Source: an uncultured beta proteobacterium (lineage in GTDB: Bacteria > Pseudomonadota > Gammaproteobacteria > Burkholderiales > Burkholderiaceae_C). Taken from it: a DNA stretch of 64,000 bases. This document shows, piece by piece, positions 15,446 through 25,365 of the stretch (its first letter is position 1; every line of letters starts with the position of its first letter). The translations under genes were made by a program, and so were the position numbers. Below the pieces are notes generated by a model. It saw only the letters and a list, made by a program, of their open reading frames with translations. It did not search any database and was not told where the DNA came from. The stretch covers positions 81,875 to 145,874 of the forward strand of contig CAWAST010000010.1 in the NCBI GenBank assembly GCA_963784775.1. The letters are read 5' to 3'.

Positions 15446-15494
15446 GCTATTTTTTATATGGCTTCTAAAGCTTACTGGACAAGGGCTGCAAGCC
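15446..15494 (+). repeat. dispersed ~48-nt repeat, copy 1 (head GCTAT.. to tail ..GGGCT)
   Basis: GCTATTTTTTATATGGCTTCTAAAGCTTACTGGACAAGGGCTGCAAGCC; between convergent cupin and queG stops; aligns without gaps to the other copies. Confidence 0.7.
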
Positions 15495-15502
15495 AAAAAA
15501 CC

Positions 15503-16592
15503 CTATATATTTGCGTCCAGTGCCCAGACCACGTGTTCACGCACCAGTTCGCTGGGGTGGTTCAGTTTTTGCTGCAGGGCCGCTCGGATGTCCGGGCTTT
15601 GAGCCGCCCGAAGTGCGTTGCCAAGCGCCACGGCGAGATTCCTCAACCAACGTTCGTGCCCGATGCGTCGGATCGGGCTGCCTTCGGTAAACTGCAGGAA
15701 CTGAGTTTCGGACCAGCCGAACAACGCCAGCAGAGAGCTTCCCGTCAGTGCCTCTCGCGGATCGAAATCGGGCAAACCGCTGCGCTGCGCATACTTGTTC
15801 CACGGGCAAACCAGCTGGCAGTCATCACAGCCATAGATGCGGTTGCCCATCAGCGGGCGTAGTTCAAGGGGAATGGCACCGGGGTGCTCGATGGTGAGAT
15901 AGGAAATGCAGCGCCGCGCATCGAGCCGATACGGCGCAACGATGGCCCGCGTAGGACAGACGTCCATGCAAGCCTTGCAGCTGCCACAGTGATCGGGAAC
16001 CTCCTCGCTTTGGGGCAAAGCCAGGTCAACGTAAATCTCACCCAGAAAAAACATCGACCCAGCCTCCCGATTGAGAAGCAGGGTGTGTTTGCCGCGCCAG
16101 CCCTGGCCACTGCGCGCGGCCAACTCGACTTCAAGCACCGGTGCCGAGTCGGTGAACACCCGATGCCCGAAAGGGCCTGTAAATTGGGCAATACGCTCGC
16201 ACAAGCTCTGCAGGCGCTGGCGCAATACCTTGTGATAGTCCCTGCCGCGGGCGTACATCGACACAATGCCCTCTTGTGGATGTCCAAGCCGCTCCAGTTC
16301 CATGGCTTGCCAGCCCTGAGGCGTGGACTTAGGCAGGTAATCCATGCGCGCCGTGATCACGCTCACCGTGCCCGGAATCAGTTCCGCCGGGCGGGCCCGC
16401 ATGAGCCCACGCGCGGCCATGTAGGCCATATCCCCGTGAAACCCACGCTCCAGCCAACGCAGTAACCCTGCCTCCGAGGACGATAAATCAACACCCGTCG
16501 TGCTAATTTGCGAGAATCCAAGCTCCCGAGCCCAAACCTGAATGCTGGACAACAATTGATTTCTGTCGAGATGAGTGATGGGGTGGTTCACA
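15503..16592 (-). CDS. queG: tRNA epoxyqueuosine(34) reductase
   Basis: ORF 15503..16747. GTG at 16592 (VNHPITHLDRNQLLSSIQVWARELGF) is colinear with the E. coli QueG N-terminus. 4Fe-4S CGSCKACMDVCP and CDDCQLVCP. Confidence 0.85.
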
Positions 16593-17095
16593 CCCCCATT
16601 GTAAAAAGCCTGCGCTGGCCCACCGAGGCCGCGACCCGATTGTTTGCTTGCGCGCTGGCCGGGCAGCCTGCCCTGCGCCACGCCTTCATCGAATTGCGTG
16701 GGGATCTCGGGGCAGGAAAAACCACCCTGGTGCGCCACCTGTTGCATGCGCTGGGGGTGCAGGGTCGAATCAAGAGCCCAACCTACGCAGTGGTGGAGCC
16801 CTACGAATTACCTGACCTCAACATATGGCACTTTGACTTTTACCGCCTGGACCATCCGCAAGAGTGGGAGGACGCCGGTTTTAGGGACATTTTTGCCAGC
16901 CCGGGACTCAAACTGGCCGAGTGGCCCGAGAAGGCCGCAGGCTTTGCGCCACTCGCCGACCTGGTCATTGGTCTGGAAGTTTCCGTGGATGAGTCTCGCC
17001 TGGTCACTCTGGCGGCCCAGACTGCCGCAGGGTTCGCTCTGCTCCAGGCAATTAATGCGGCGCAGCCGGTCAAACCAGGCGAGGTTCACGCGTGA
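16571..17095 (+). CDS. tsaE: tRNA t6A37 biosynthesis ATPase TsaE
   Basis: ATG 16571 in ORF 16508..17095. LRGDLGAGKTTLVRHLL, SPTYAVVEPY. The start overlaps the divergent queG start by ~20 nt, so one of the two starts is uncertain. Confidence 0.8.
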   Translation: MSDGVVHTPIVKSLRWPTEAATRLFACALAGQPALRHAFIELRGDLGAGKTTLVRHLLHALGVQGRIKSPTYAVVEPYELPDLNIWHFDFYRLDHPQEWEDAGFRDIFASPGLKLAEWPEKAAGFAPLADLVIGLEVSVDESRLVTLAAQTAAGFALLQAINAAQPVKPGEVHA

Positions 17096-18420
17096 AGCGT
17101 CGCAGCCTTTTGCAATCGGGCGCGCTGGTAATGCTGCTGGGCGCTCAGGAACTGGCACGCGGCGCGACGATTGTGGCGGTGAGGATATGGCCAGCCCCTG
17201 ACTACTCACGCGTGACCATTGAGTCCGACAGCGAGCTCAAAATCAAACAATTCTTTGTGCCCAGCCCGCCCCGGTTGGTGGTCGACATCGAGGGCATTGA
17301 CCTCAACGGGGCCCTCAAGGAGCTGGTGGCCAAGGTTCGCGCTGACGACCCCAACATCGACGGCATTCGGGTTGGGCAAAACACGCCCGGTATCGTGCGT
17401 CTGGTGCTCGATCTCAAGCAGCCCATCGCCCCCCAGGTCTTTACCCTGCCTCCGATCGCAAGCTACCAGCATCGGCTGGTATTTGACCTGTACCCAACCC
17501 AGGTTGCCGACCCCTTGGAGATGCTGATATTGCAGCGACTCAAGGACGCCCGGCAGAGCGCTACTGCGCCGCCTGGAAAAGCTTCCGCACCCGATCCGCT
17601 GGGTGAATTGATTGCGCGTCAGGATCGCAAGATCCTGTCCATGCCAAAACCCACACCACCCGCCAATCCGGTGGCGATTGATACCGCCAGCGCAACCGAT
17701 CGCCTGATCATCATTGCCCTGGACCCTGGCCACGGGGGCGAAGATCCTGGCGCTATTGGACCGGGCGGCACCCGCGAAAAGGACGTGGTGCTCAGTCTGG
17801 CACTGCGCCTGCGCGAGCGCATCAACGCCAGCGCCATCCATGGCAACACGGTGCGCGCCTACCTCACGCGCGAAGCCGATTTTTTTGTTCCGCTGCAGGT
17901 GCGGGTGAGCAAGGCGCAACGAGTCCAGGCCGATCTGTTTATCAGCATACACGCCGATGCATTCTTCACGCCCCACCCCCAGGGCGCCAGCGTGTTCGCC
18001 TTGAGTCAGGGCGCAGCATCGAGCAGCGCGGCCCGCTGGATGGCAAACAAGGAGAACAAAGCCGATCTGATTGGCGGGCTGAACATCAAGGCCAAGGACG
18101 TGCAGGTCAAGCGCGCCCTGTTCGACATGAGCACCACGGCCCAGATCAATGACAGCCTCAAACTTGGCAGCGCCATGCTCGGGGAAATCGGCCGGATCGG
18201 CAAACTGCACAAGCCCCGGGTAGAGCAGGCCGGATTTGCGGTGCTTAAGGCGCCCGATATTCCCAGCGTGCTGGTCGAGGCAGCGTTCATCAGCAACCCC
18301 GAAGAAGAAGCCAAACTCAACAGTGTCGAATACCAGGACAAACTGGCCGATGCCCTGATGCGGGGCATCGAAGGCTACTTCTCCAAAAACCCGCCACTGG
18401 CCCGCAACCGTGCGGTTTAG
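17092..18420 (+). CDS. amiC: N-acetylmuramoyl-L-alanine amidase (AmiC-type, Tat-exported)
   Basis: GTG start overlapping the tsaE stop (GTGA). Twin-arginine MKRRSLLQSGA, AMIN domain, IIALDPGHGGEDPGA, ISIHADA. Confidence 0.85.
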   Translation: MKRRSLLQSGALVMLLGAQELARGATIVAVRIWPAPDYSRVTIESDSELKIKQFFVPSPPRLVVDIEGIDLNGALKELVAKVRADDPNIDGIRVGQNTPGIVRLVLDLKQPIAPQVFTLPPIASYQHRLVFDLYPTQVADPLEMLILQRLKDARQSATAPPGKASAPDPLGELIARQDRKILSMPKPTPPANPVAIDTASATDRLIIIALDPGHGGEDPGAIGPGGTREKDVVLSLALRLRERINASAIHGNTVRAYLTREADFFVPLQVRVSKAQRVQADLFISIHADAFFTPHPQGASVFALSQGAASSSAARWMANKENKADLIGGLNIKAKDVQVKRALFDMSTTAQINDSLKLGSAMLGEIGRIGKLHKPRVEQAGFAVLKAPDIPSVLVEAAFISNPEEEAKLNSVEYQDKLADALMRGIEGYFSKNPPLARNRAV

Positions 18421-18472
18421 TGCAAAATCCCGGCCACGGGAAACCGTAACTTAAAAATAGAGGAGGACAGCG

Positions 18473-18868
18473 ATGACGATACTGGTAGCCTATGTGCCGC
18501 GCCCCGAGGGGCAGGCCGCCCTGGACAAGGGCATTGAAATGGCCAAAAAATCCAACGAGCACCTCGTGGTGGTCAACACCAGTCCGGGTGGCCGCAAGGA
18601 AGATCCTTCGTTTGCAGATGTTCAGGATTTTGAGCGCGTTCAACAAATGCTTGACGACTCGGGCCTGAACGCCGAGTTGAAGCAGTTCGTACGGGGCAAC
18701 AACGCGGTGCAGGAGATCGAAGCGCTGGTGGACTCCATGTCCGTATCGCTTTTGATCATCGGCCTGAGAAAACGCTCACCCGTGGGCAAACTGGTGCTGG
18801 GCAGCGTCGCCCAGGATATTCTGCTGTCGGTTTCCTGCCCTGTGCTGGCAGTCAAATCCGAGACCTGA
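18473..18868 (+). CDS. universal stress protein family
   Basis: 131 aa; ...LLIIGLRKRSPVGKLVLGSVAQDILLSVSCPVLAVK; GAGGAGG SD. Confidence 0.8.
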   Translation: MTILVAYVPRPEGQAALDKGIEMAKKSNEHLVVVNTSPGGRKEDPSFADVQDFERVQQMLDDSGLNAELKQFVRGNNAVQEIEALVDSMSVSLLIIGLRKRSPVGKLVLGSVAQDILLSVSCPVLAVKSET

Positions 18869-18901
18869 ACGCAGGCGCCCTGGGTGGCTTGGTCCGGCGG
18901 G

Positions 18902-19540
18902 TCATCCCCGGCGCCGCGATCTCCAGGCACCCATCAGGATCACCACACCTGGAATCAAAATCATCGCCCAGATGATTTTGTCCAGGTGCTCCTTCACAAA
19001 CGGAAAGTTGCCGAAGAAATAACCGACGGTGATGATTCCCGCCACCCAGAGCGTGCCCCCCGTCACGTCGTAAAACGTAAATTTGGCACGGCTCATTCCA
19101 GCCACACCAGCCACAAAAGGCGCAAACGTGCGCAAAAACGGCATGAAACGGGCCGCTACGATGGTGACGCCACCGTAGCGTTCGTAAAAATCATGGGCCC
19201 GGTTAAAAGCCGCCTTGTTGAACATCCTGGAGTCTTCCCATTGGAAAACCCGGGGCCCGAAGTAGCTTCCGATTGCGTAATTGGATTGGTTACCCAAAAT
19301 TGCGGCCACGAGCAACAGGCCCACCGAGAGTGGATAGCTCATCAACCCGACACCGCACATGGCACCCACCACAAAGAGCAGGGAGTCGCCCGGCAGAAAG
19401 GGCATGACGACGACGCCGGTCTCGACAAAAATCACCACGAACAGCAGCGCATAAACCCACAGACCATAGTTGGTGACAAACGACTCCAGGTATTTGTCGA
19501 CGTGAAGAATGAAGTCAAAGAGAAAGGTAACGAGTTCCAT
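18902..19540 (-). CDS. DedA family membrane protein
   Basis: 212 aa; FVETGVVVMPFLPGDSLLFVVGA signature. Confidence 0.85.
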   Translation of the reverse strand: MELVTFLFDFILHVDKYLESFVTNYGLWVYALLFVVIFVETGVVVMPFLPGDSLLFVVGAMCGVGLMSYPLSVGLLLVAAILGNQSNYAIGSYFGPRVFQWEDSRMFNKAAFNRAHDFYERYGGVTIVAARFMPFLRTFAPFVAGVAGMSRAKFTFYDVTGGTLWVAGIITVGYFFGNFPFVKEHLDKIIWAMILIPGVVILMGAWRSRRRG

Positions 19541-19636
19541 GGGTGCCGATTATCGACTCAGCCCAACCTGCGGCGCAGCGCCCCTATGGCATGATGCAGC
19601 GCATTCACATCCCTTAAGAAAATTGACATTCACCGC

Positions 19637-20602
19637 ATGAGCGTCCCAACGATGTCCACCACCACCCAACGCCTGACGGCCTTTCTTGCACTGGCACTGA
19701 GCATGTCACTGGTGGGCAGCTATGTCGCGCTGTCCAAACCGCTGGTCCACGCGTTTCCTGTGTTTTTGCTGGCCTGGATGCGTTTTGGCATCGGTGGCCT
19801 GGCGATGCCACACTGGCTCAAAGCACCTCCCACCGAGCCCGTGATGACAGCTTCAGTCAAAAAACTGCTCTTTCTTGAATCCCTGCTGGGCAACTTCCTT
19901 TTTTCGATTTTCATGCTGTATGGCGTGAGCATGACCAGCGCCGTGTCAGCGGGAGTGGTCATGGCGTCGATTCCGGCCGTGGTCGCGTTGCTGAGCTGGC
20001 TCATCCTGCGCGAGCGCATCGGCCTTCGGATCTGGCTCGCCATTGCCTGCGCCGCCGTGGGCATTGCCCTGTTTTCGCTATCAAAAGCAGAGCTGTCTGT
20101 GCAGGCTACACCTGGGATTGATGGCGATTCTTCTCATAAAAACATGTTGCTTGGCAATTTTCTGGTGTTTTGTGCGGTGCTGTGCGAGGCGGCCTACGCC
20201 GTGATCGGCAAGAAGCTGACTGGAACACTGACTCCCAAACGCATCACGGCCATCATCAACCTGTGGGGCTTTGTGCTGACCGCGCCGATGGGAATGTACT
20301 TGGCGTGGCATTTCGAGTTTCGGGCGGTGAGCGCCGGATCCTGGACGCTGCTGGTTTTTTATTCGCTGGCGGCCAGTGTCTGGACCGTCTGGCTCTGGAT
20401 GACCGGACTCAAGACCGTACCGGCCGCAAAAGCGGGCGTCTTCACGGTGATGCTGCCCATTTCCGCGGCGTTGGTGGGCGTCTTTGCGCTGGGCGAGCCA
20501 CTGCGCGGCTTGCAGCTGCTCGCTTTCGGCATCTGCCTGGTCGGCGTGATTCTGGCAACGCTGCCCTCGCGCTCGGAGCTCAGGTCAAGGCACCTGCGCT
20601 GA
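19637..20602 (+). CDS. DMT superfamily (EamA-like) transporter
   Basis: 321 aa, ten predicted hydrophobic segments, two EamA-like halves. Confidence 0.8.
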   Translation: MSVPTMSTTTQRLTAFLALALSMSLVGSYVALSKPLVHAFPVFLLAWMRFGIGGLAMPHWLKAPPTEPVMTASVKKLLFLESLLGNFLFSIFMLYGVSMTSAVSAGVVMASIPAVVALLSWLILRERIGLRIWLAIACAAVGIALFSLSKAELSVQATPGIDGDSSHKNMLLGNFLVFCAVLCEAAYAVIGKKLTGTLTPKRITAIINLWGFVLTAPMGMYLAWHFEFRAVSAGSWTLLVFYSLAASVWTVWLWMTGLKTVPAAKAGVFTVMLPISAALVGVFALGEPLRGLQLLAFGICLVGVILATLPSRSELRSRHLR

Positions 20603-21101
20603 CCACCGTGCCGTCTTCGTCGGCGTACAGCCAGTCGCCCGGGCGCACCCACTGTCCCTGAATCTGCACTGCAAGGTCTTGTTGCCCCTGATTGCGCTTT
20701 TCCGTGGGCAAGGGCATGCTGGCCAGCGCGCGAATGCCCACTTCAAGCAGGGCCAGTTCGGCCACATCGCGCACACACCCGTCCACCACCACCCCGGCCC
20801 AGCCATTTTTGGCGGCGGCAGCACCGAGGTTTCCACCCACCAGGGCTTTGCGCAGCGAGCCGCCCCCATCGACCACCAACACTTTGCCAACCCGCCCGGC
20901 CGCAGTGTCTTCGTAGCCCGGGGAGTCAAGCATTGCCTTGACGAGTGTGTTGTCCTCATGGCATTTGATGGTCACAACCGGGCCTGCGAACTTGCGTACG
21001 CCGCCAAAATCCCGGAACACCGGCGGCAAGACCCGAAAATCGCCCGACGAATCACTCTTGTGCGCATCGCACAGGTCACAGGTCGCAAAAGATGGGGACA
21101 C
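20580..21101 (-). CDS. rraA: RraA family protein (RNase E regulator / HMG aldolase family)
   Basis: 173 aa; CDLCDAH...FGG...[31 protein letters not shown]. Confidence 0.8.
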   Translation of the reverse strand: MSPSFATCDLCDAHKSDSSGDFRVLPPVFRDFGGVRKFAGPVVTIKCHEDNTLVKAMLDSPGYEDTAAGRVGKVLVVDGGGSLRKALVGGNLGAAAAKNGWAGVVVDGCVRDVAELALLEVGIRALASMPLPTEKRNQGQQDLAVQIQGQWVRPGDWLYADEDGTVVSAGALT

Positions 21102-21376
21102 GTTCTGACTCCTTTAAGTTGAAATTACTGGCAAGCCGCACTCGCCCTGACTCGCGGATGCTGGTGATCACGGGTGCAACAGGAACATGACCGCACCAAA
21201 AAGTGAATAATTCTTCTGTAAACTAGCGAACTTTATTGCGTTGGAATGTTAAATTAAACAACGAGCACTTGGAATAGCCTGCAATATCGGTTCGAATCAG
21301 TCGCCCTCGGCCGGACCAGGCGCGCGGTTCTTTCTGGCATGATTCACTCCCACCCCTCTCCAATCACAAGCCCACG

Positions 21377-22381
21377 ATGCTGCGTTTTCTCCTGACCCGA
21401 TTCAGTCTGATCATTCCAACCTTCATCGGGATGACGCTGGTTGCTTTCTTCATGATTCGCCTGGTGCCGGGCGACCCGATCGAAACCCTGGCCGGTGAGC
21501 GCGGCATCGACGCAGCGCGCCACGCCACGCTGCTCAAGGAATACGGACTGGACCGTCCGGTGCTGGTCCAGTACGGCATTTACATCGGCAAAGTGCTCCA
21601 GGGCGATCTGGGCAACTCCATCATCACCCACGCACCGGTCATGAAAGAGTTCACGGCCCTGTTTCCAGCCACGATCGAACTTGCCGTGTGCGCCATCATC
21701 TTTGCGCTCTTAATCGGCATACCGGCAGGCATCCTGGCAGCGGTCAAGCGAAACACGATTTTTGATCATGGCGTCATGGGGGTCTCGCTCACGGGCTACT
21801 CCATGCCCATTTTCTGGTGGGGCCTGCTCCTGATCTTGCTGTTTTCCGTTCAACTTGACCTCACGCCGGTCTCGGGACGCATCTCGGTCATGTATTACAT
21901 TGAGCCCGTCACCGGCTTTTTGCTGATTGATACGCTGATGGCGGGTGACAAAGGCGCCTTCGTCTCGGCGCTCACCCACTTGATATTGCCCACCATCGTC
22001 CTGGGAACCAACCCGCTGGCGGTCATCGCCCGCATGACGCGCTCGGCCATGCTGGAGGTGCTCGGTGAAGACTACATCCGAACGGCCCGCGCCAAGGGGC
22101 TCTCCAATTTGCGTGTGGTCGCCCTGCACGCCCTGCGCAATGCGTTGATCCCGGTGGTCACGGTCATTGGGTTGCAGGTTGGGGTTCTGTTTACCGGGGC
22201 CATCCTGACCGAAACCATTTTCTCCTGGCCTGGCGTGGGCAAGTGGATGATCGAAGCCATTGGCCGACGCGACTACCCCGTACTTCAAGGCGGCATGCTC
22301 ATGCTGGGCGTCATCGTGATGACGGTCAACCTGTTGGTGGATGTGACCTACGGCATCATTAACCCACGCATTCGACACTGA
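21377..22381 (+). CDS. peptide ABC transporter permease (DppB/OppB family)
   Basis: 334 aa; MLRFLLTRFSLIIPTFIGMTLVAFFMIRLVPGDP, EDYIRTARAKGLS. Confidence 0.85.
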   Translation: MLRFLLTRFSLIIPTFIGMTLVAFFMIRLVPGDPIETLAGERGIDAARHATLLKEYGLDRPVLVQYGIYIGKVLQGDLGNSIITHAPVMKEFTALFPATIELAVCAIIFALLIGIPAGILAAVKRNTIFDHGVMGVSLTGYSMPIFWWGLLLILLFSVQLDLTPVSGRISVMYYIEPVTGFLLIDTLMAGDKGAFVSALTHLILPTIVLGTNPLAVIARMTRSAMLEVLGEDYIRTARAKGLSNLRVVALHALRNALIPVVTVIGLQVGVLFTGAILTETIFSWPGVGKWMIEAIGRRDYPVLQGGMLMLGVIVMTVNLLVDVTYGIINPRIRH

Positions 22382-23286
22382 TGGCAACTACAACACTTCA
22401 AGATAACCAGGACGCGGTGATCGCACCGCCCCACCCGCTGCGCGAATTCTGGTCCTACTTCAGTGCCAATCATGGCGCGGTGGCGGGCTTGGTCATTGTG
22501 CTAGCGGTGCTGCTGCTGGCGGCATTTGCGCCCCTGGTGGCACCCTACTCCCCCATCCTGACTGACCCGGCCGTGTTCCTGACGCCTCCGGCCTGGCAAA
22601 CCGGCGGCTCCAGTGCCCACCTGCTGGGCACCGACGCGATTGGGCGCGACATTCTGTCCCGATTGATCCACGGCGCGCGCCTGTCACTTTCCATCGGTCT
22701 GGCCGTGGTGACGCTGTCGGTGATCATTGGAGTTATTTTGGGGCTGGCTGCGGGCTATTTCCGCGGGGTCTTTGAAGTTGCCGTCATGCGCATGATGGAC
22801 ATCATCCTGACCTTACCCAGCCTGCTGCTGGCCATCGTGATTGTGGCCATTTTGGGACCGGGCCTGATGAATGCCATGCTGGCTGTGGCGGTCGTGGTGC
22901 TGCCGCACTATGTTCGGATCACCCGAGCGGCCGTCATTTCTGAGGTTTCGAAAGACTACGTGACCGCGGCGCGCATGAATGGCGCCGGGCATTTGCGGCT
23001 GATGTTCAACGAAGTGCTTCCCAACTGCACCGCGCCGCTGATTGTGCAAGCATCCCTGGGCATTTCCACCGCCATTCTGGATGCTGCGGCGCTGGGCTTT
23101 CTGGGTCTGGGCGCCCAGCCACCCTCACCCGAGTGGGGCACCATGCTCGCCGATGCCAGGGAATTCGTGCTGCGGGCCTGGTGGGTTGTCACCTTCCCCG
23201 GCCTGGCCATTTTGATCACCGTGCTGGCATTCAATTTGCTGGGCGACGGTTTGCGCGATGCGTTTGATCCCAAACTCAAGCGTTGA
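22381..23286 (+). CDS. peptide ABC transporter permease (DppC/OppC family)
   Basis: 301 aa; start overlaps the previous stop (TGATG); LLGTDAIGRDILSRLIHGAR. Confidence 0.85.
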   Translation: MATTTLQDNQDAVIAPPHPLREFWSYFSANHGAVAGLVIVLAVLLLAAFAPLVAPYSPILTDPAVFLTPPAWQTGGSSAHLLGTDAIGRDILSRLIHGARLSLSIGLAVVTLSVIIGVILGLAAGYFRGVFEVAVMRMMDIILTLPSLLLAIVIVAILGPGLMNAMLAVAVVVLPHYVRITRAAVISEVSKDYVTAARMNGAGHLRLMFNEVLPNCTAPLIVQASLGISTAILDAAALGFLGLGAQPPSPEWGTMLADAREFVLRAWWVVTFPGLAILITVLAFNLLGDGLRDAFDPKLKR

Positions 23287-23298
23287 AAGCACATTGAT

Positions 23299-24324
23299 AT
23301 GCCTTTACTAGAAATTGAGAATCTCTCGGTTGATTTTCCGTCCAAGGACAGCGTGATGCACGCGGTCGACGGTGTCAGCCTGTCGGTCGAAGCGGGCGAT
23401 GTTCTGGGCATCGTGGGCGAATCGGGCTCTGGCAAAAGCGTGACGATGATGGCGCTGATGGGCCTGGTCTCCTACCCGGGCGTGGTCAGGGCGGACAAAT
23501 TACGCTTTGACGGGCACGACCTGCTGTCCCTGTCCTCGGGCGAGCGCAGCAAGCTCACCGGCAAGGACGTGGCCATGATCTTCCAGGATCCAACCACCAG
23601 TTTGAACCCCTGCTTTACCATTGGCTTCCAGCTCGCTGAGACACTCAAGTTGCACATGGGCCTGAGCCCCAAAGACGCAACCCGGCGCTCCATCGAACTG
23701 CTGGAGCAAGTCGGCATTCCAGCCCCCGAGAAGCGGCTGCGGGACTACCCGCACCAATTGTCGGGCGGCATGAACCAGCGGGTCATGATCGCCATGGCCA
23801 TTGCGTGCAATCCCAAGCTTCTGATTGCCGACGAGCCCACCACCGCGCTCGATGTGACCATTCAGGCCCAGATTCTTGATTTGCTGCGCAGCCTGCAGCA
23901 GGAGCGCGGCATGGCGCTGGTGCTCATCACCCACAACATGGGCGTGGTCTCCGAGATGGCGCAGCGCGTTGCCGTGATGTACGCCGGCCAAATCATGGAA
24001 GAGCGCAGCGCGCAAACCCTGTTTTCCGAGCCGCAGCACCCCTACACCGAAGCCTTGATGGCCGCCATGCCCGAGCGCAGTGATGGCCTCACGCGCCTGG
24101 CCACCATCCCGGGCATGGTGCCTGGCCTCTATGACCGCCCCAGCGGCTGCCTGTTCGCACCCCGCTGCGCTTACGCGGTTGATAGCTGCCGGGCGCAGCG
24201 ACCGCCGCTGCGGGCATGGCAAGCGGGCATGGTGCGCTGCCAGTTCCCGCTCAGTGGGCAACCCAAATCTCATTTTGCCGACCTGCCACGCGCAGATCAG
24301 GCGCCTGCGGGAGTGGCCCCATGA
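23299..24324 (+). CDS. peptide ABC transporter ATP-binding protein (DppD-like)
   Basis: GESGSGKS Walker A, LSGGMNQR signature, C-terminal oligopeptide-type CxxxC region. Confidence 0.85.
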   Translation: MPLLEIENLSVDFPSKDSVMHAVDGVSLSVEAGDVLGIVGESGSGKSVTMMALMGLVSYPGVVRADKLRFDGHDLLSLSSGERSKLTGKDVAMIFQDPTTSLNPCFTIGFQLAETLKLHMGLSPKDATRRSIELLEQVGIPAPEKRLRDYPHQLSGGMNQRVMIAMAIACNPKLLIADEPTTALDVTIQAQILDLLRSLQQERGMALVLITHNMGVVSEMAQRVAVMYAGQIMEERSAQTLFSEPQHPYTEALMAAMPERSDGLTRLATIPGMVPGLYDRPSGCLFAPRCAYAVDSCRAQRPPLRAWQAGMVRCQFPLSGQPKSHFADLPRADQAPAGVAP

Positions 24325-25346
24325 GCGCACCCCACAAACAAGCGGGCGCGCCCGACATGCCCGTGGTCGTTGCCAAGGACCTGCGCCAGGTTTACCGGAT
24401 TGGCCGCGGATTCATGCGCCAGGCCGACCATTTGCAGGCGGTGGGGGGCGTGTCATTCACGATCCGTCCAGGCAAGACCATGGCGGTTGTGGGCGAATCA
24501 GGCTGCGGCAAATCCACTTTGGCGCGCATGGTCGCGCTCATCGAGAAACCCACCGCGGGTGAGCTCAAGCTCAACGGCGTGGACGTGGTTGCCGCCGACG
24601 AGTCCTCGCGCCACGCGCTGCGCCGCACGGTGCAGTTGGTGTTCCAGAACCCCTATGGCTCCCTGAACCCGCGCAAGAAGATCGGCGCCATTCTGGAAGC
24701 ACCGCTGGAGATCAACACCGAGTTGACAGCCTCAGAGCGTGCCGAGAAAGCCCGCGCGATGCTCAAAATGGTGGGCCTGCGCCCGGAGCACTACGACCGC
24801 TACCCCCACATGTTCTCGGGCGGGCAGCGCCAGCGTATCGCCATTGCACGCGCGCTCATGCTCAACCCCGCCCTGATCGTGGCCGATGAGCCCGTCTCGG
24901 CGCTGGATGTGTCCATTCAGGCCCAGGTCCTCAATCTTCTGGCCGATTTGCAGCGCGAGATGGGGCTGGCCTATCTGTTCATTTCCCACGATCTGGGTGT
25001 GGTTCGCCACATTGCACACGACCTGATGGTCATGTACCTGGGTCATGCCGTCGAGCAGGGCGAGAAGAAAACCATCTTCACCCAGCCACTGCACCCCTAC
25101 ACCCAGGCTCTTTTGGCTTCCACACCGGGCATCGCCGGCAGCGGCCCTGCCCAAAACCGCATTGTGCTCAAGGGCGAGTTGCCCTCCCCCTTGAATCCGC
25201 CCAGCGGTTGCGTTTTTTCAACACGCTGCCCCAATGTCACGGCACAATGCCGTGTGGAGCGTCCCGTGCTGCGCGAGCTTGCCGGTCGGCAGGTGGCGTG
25301 TCATGAGGCTGAACAATTTATCCAACCCGCTGCCCAGCAGCACTAA
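24321..25346 (+). CDS. peptide ABC transporter ATP-binding protein (DppF-like)
   Basis: ATG 24321 overlaps the previous stop (ATGA). [17 protein letters not shown]. Confidence 0.85.
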   Translation: MSAPHKQAGAPDMPVVVAKDLRQVYRIGRGFMRQADHLQAVGGVSFTIRPGKTMAVVGESGCGKSTLARMVALIEKPTAGELKLNGVDVVAADESSRHALRRTVQLVFQNPYGSLNPRKKIGAILEAPLEINTELTASERAEKARAMLKMVGLRPEHYDRYPHMFSGGQRQRIAIARALMLNPALIVADEPVSALDVSIQAQVLNLLADLQREMGLAYLFISHDLGVVRHIAHDLMVMYLGHAVEQGEKKTIFTQPLHPYTQALLASTPGIAGSGPAQNRIVLKGELPSPLNPPSGCVFSTRCPNVTAQCRVERPVLRELAGRQVACHEAEQFIQPAAQQH

Positions 25347-25365
25347 CCCCCGAGGAGTCCAAGCG

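Noticed and set aside
15437-15862. 141-aa plus-strand ORF beginning MLFAIFYMASKAYWTRAAS.
   Set aside because: It opens inside a repeat copy and then runs antisense through the queG 3' end. It has no SD or domain, so it is most likely a by-product of the repeat's open frame.
16571-16592. Apparent ~20-nt overlap of the divergent queG (GTG 16592) and tsaE (ATG 16571) starts.
   Set aside because: This is most likely start-codon ambiguity (tsaE could start at GTG 16583 or queG further downstream) rather than a real head-to-head overlap. It cannot be resolved from sequence alone.
20077-20125. GCTATCAAAAGCAGAGCTGTCTGTGC... inside the DMT transporter linker, resembling the head of the dispersed repeat.
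   Set aside because: Only the first ~25 nt match. The tail (..AC.GGGCT..) is absent and the reading frame differs from the other coding copies. It is treated as coincidental or too degenerate.
21289-21298. GGTTCGAATC, a tRNA T-loop-like motif in the dpp leader region.
   Set aside because: The flanks cannot form a T-stem (ATCGG vs CAGTC), and no acceptor or anticodon arms could be drawn. It is not a tRNA or a recognisable tRNA fragment.
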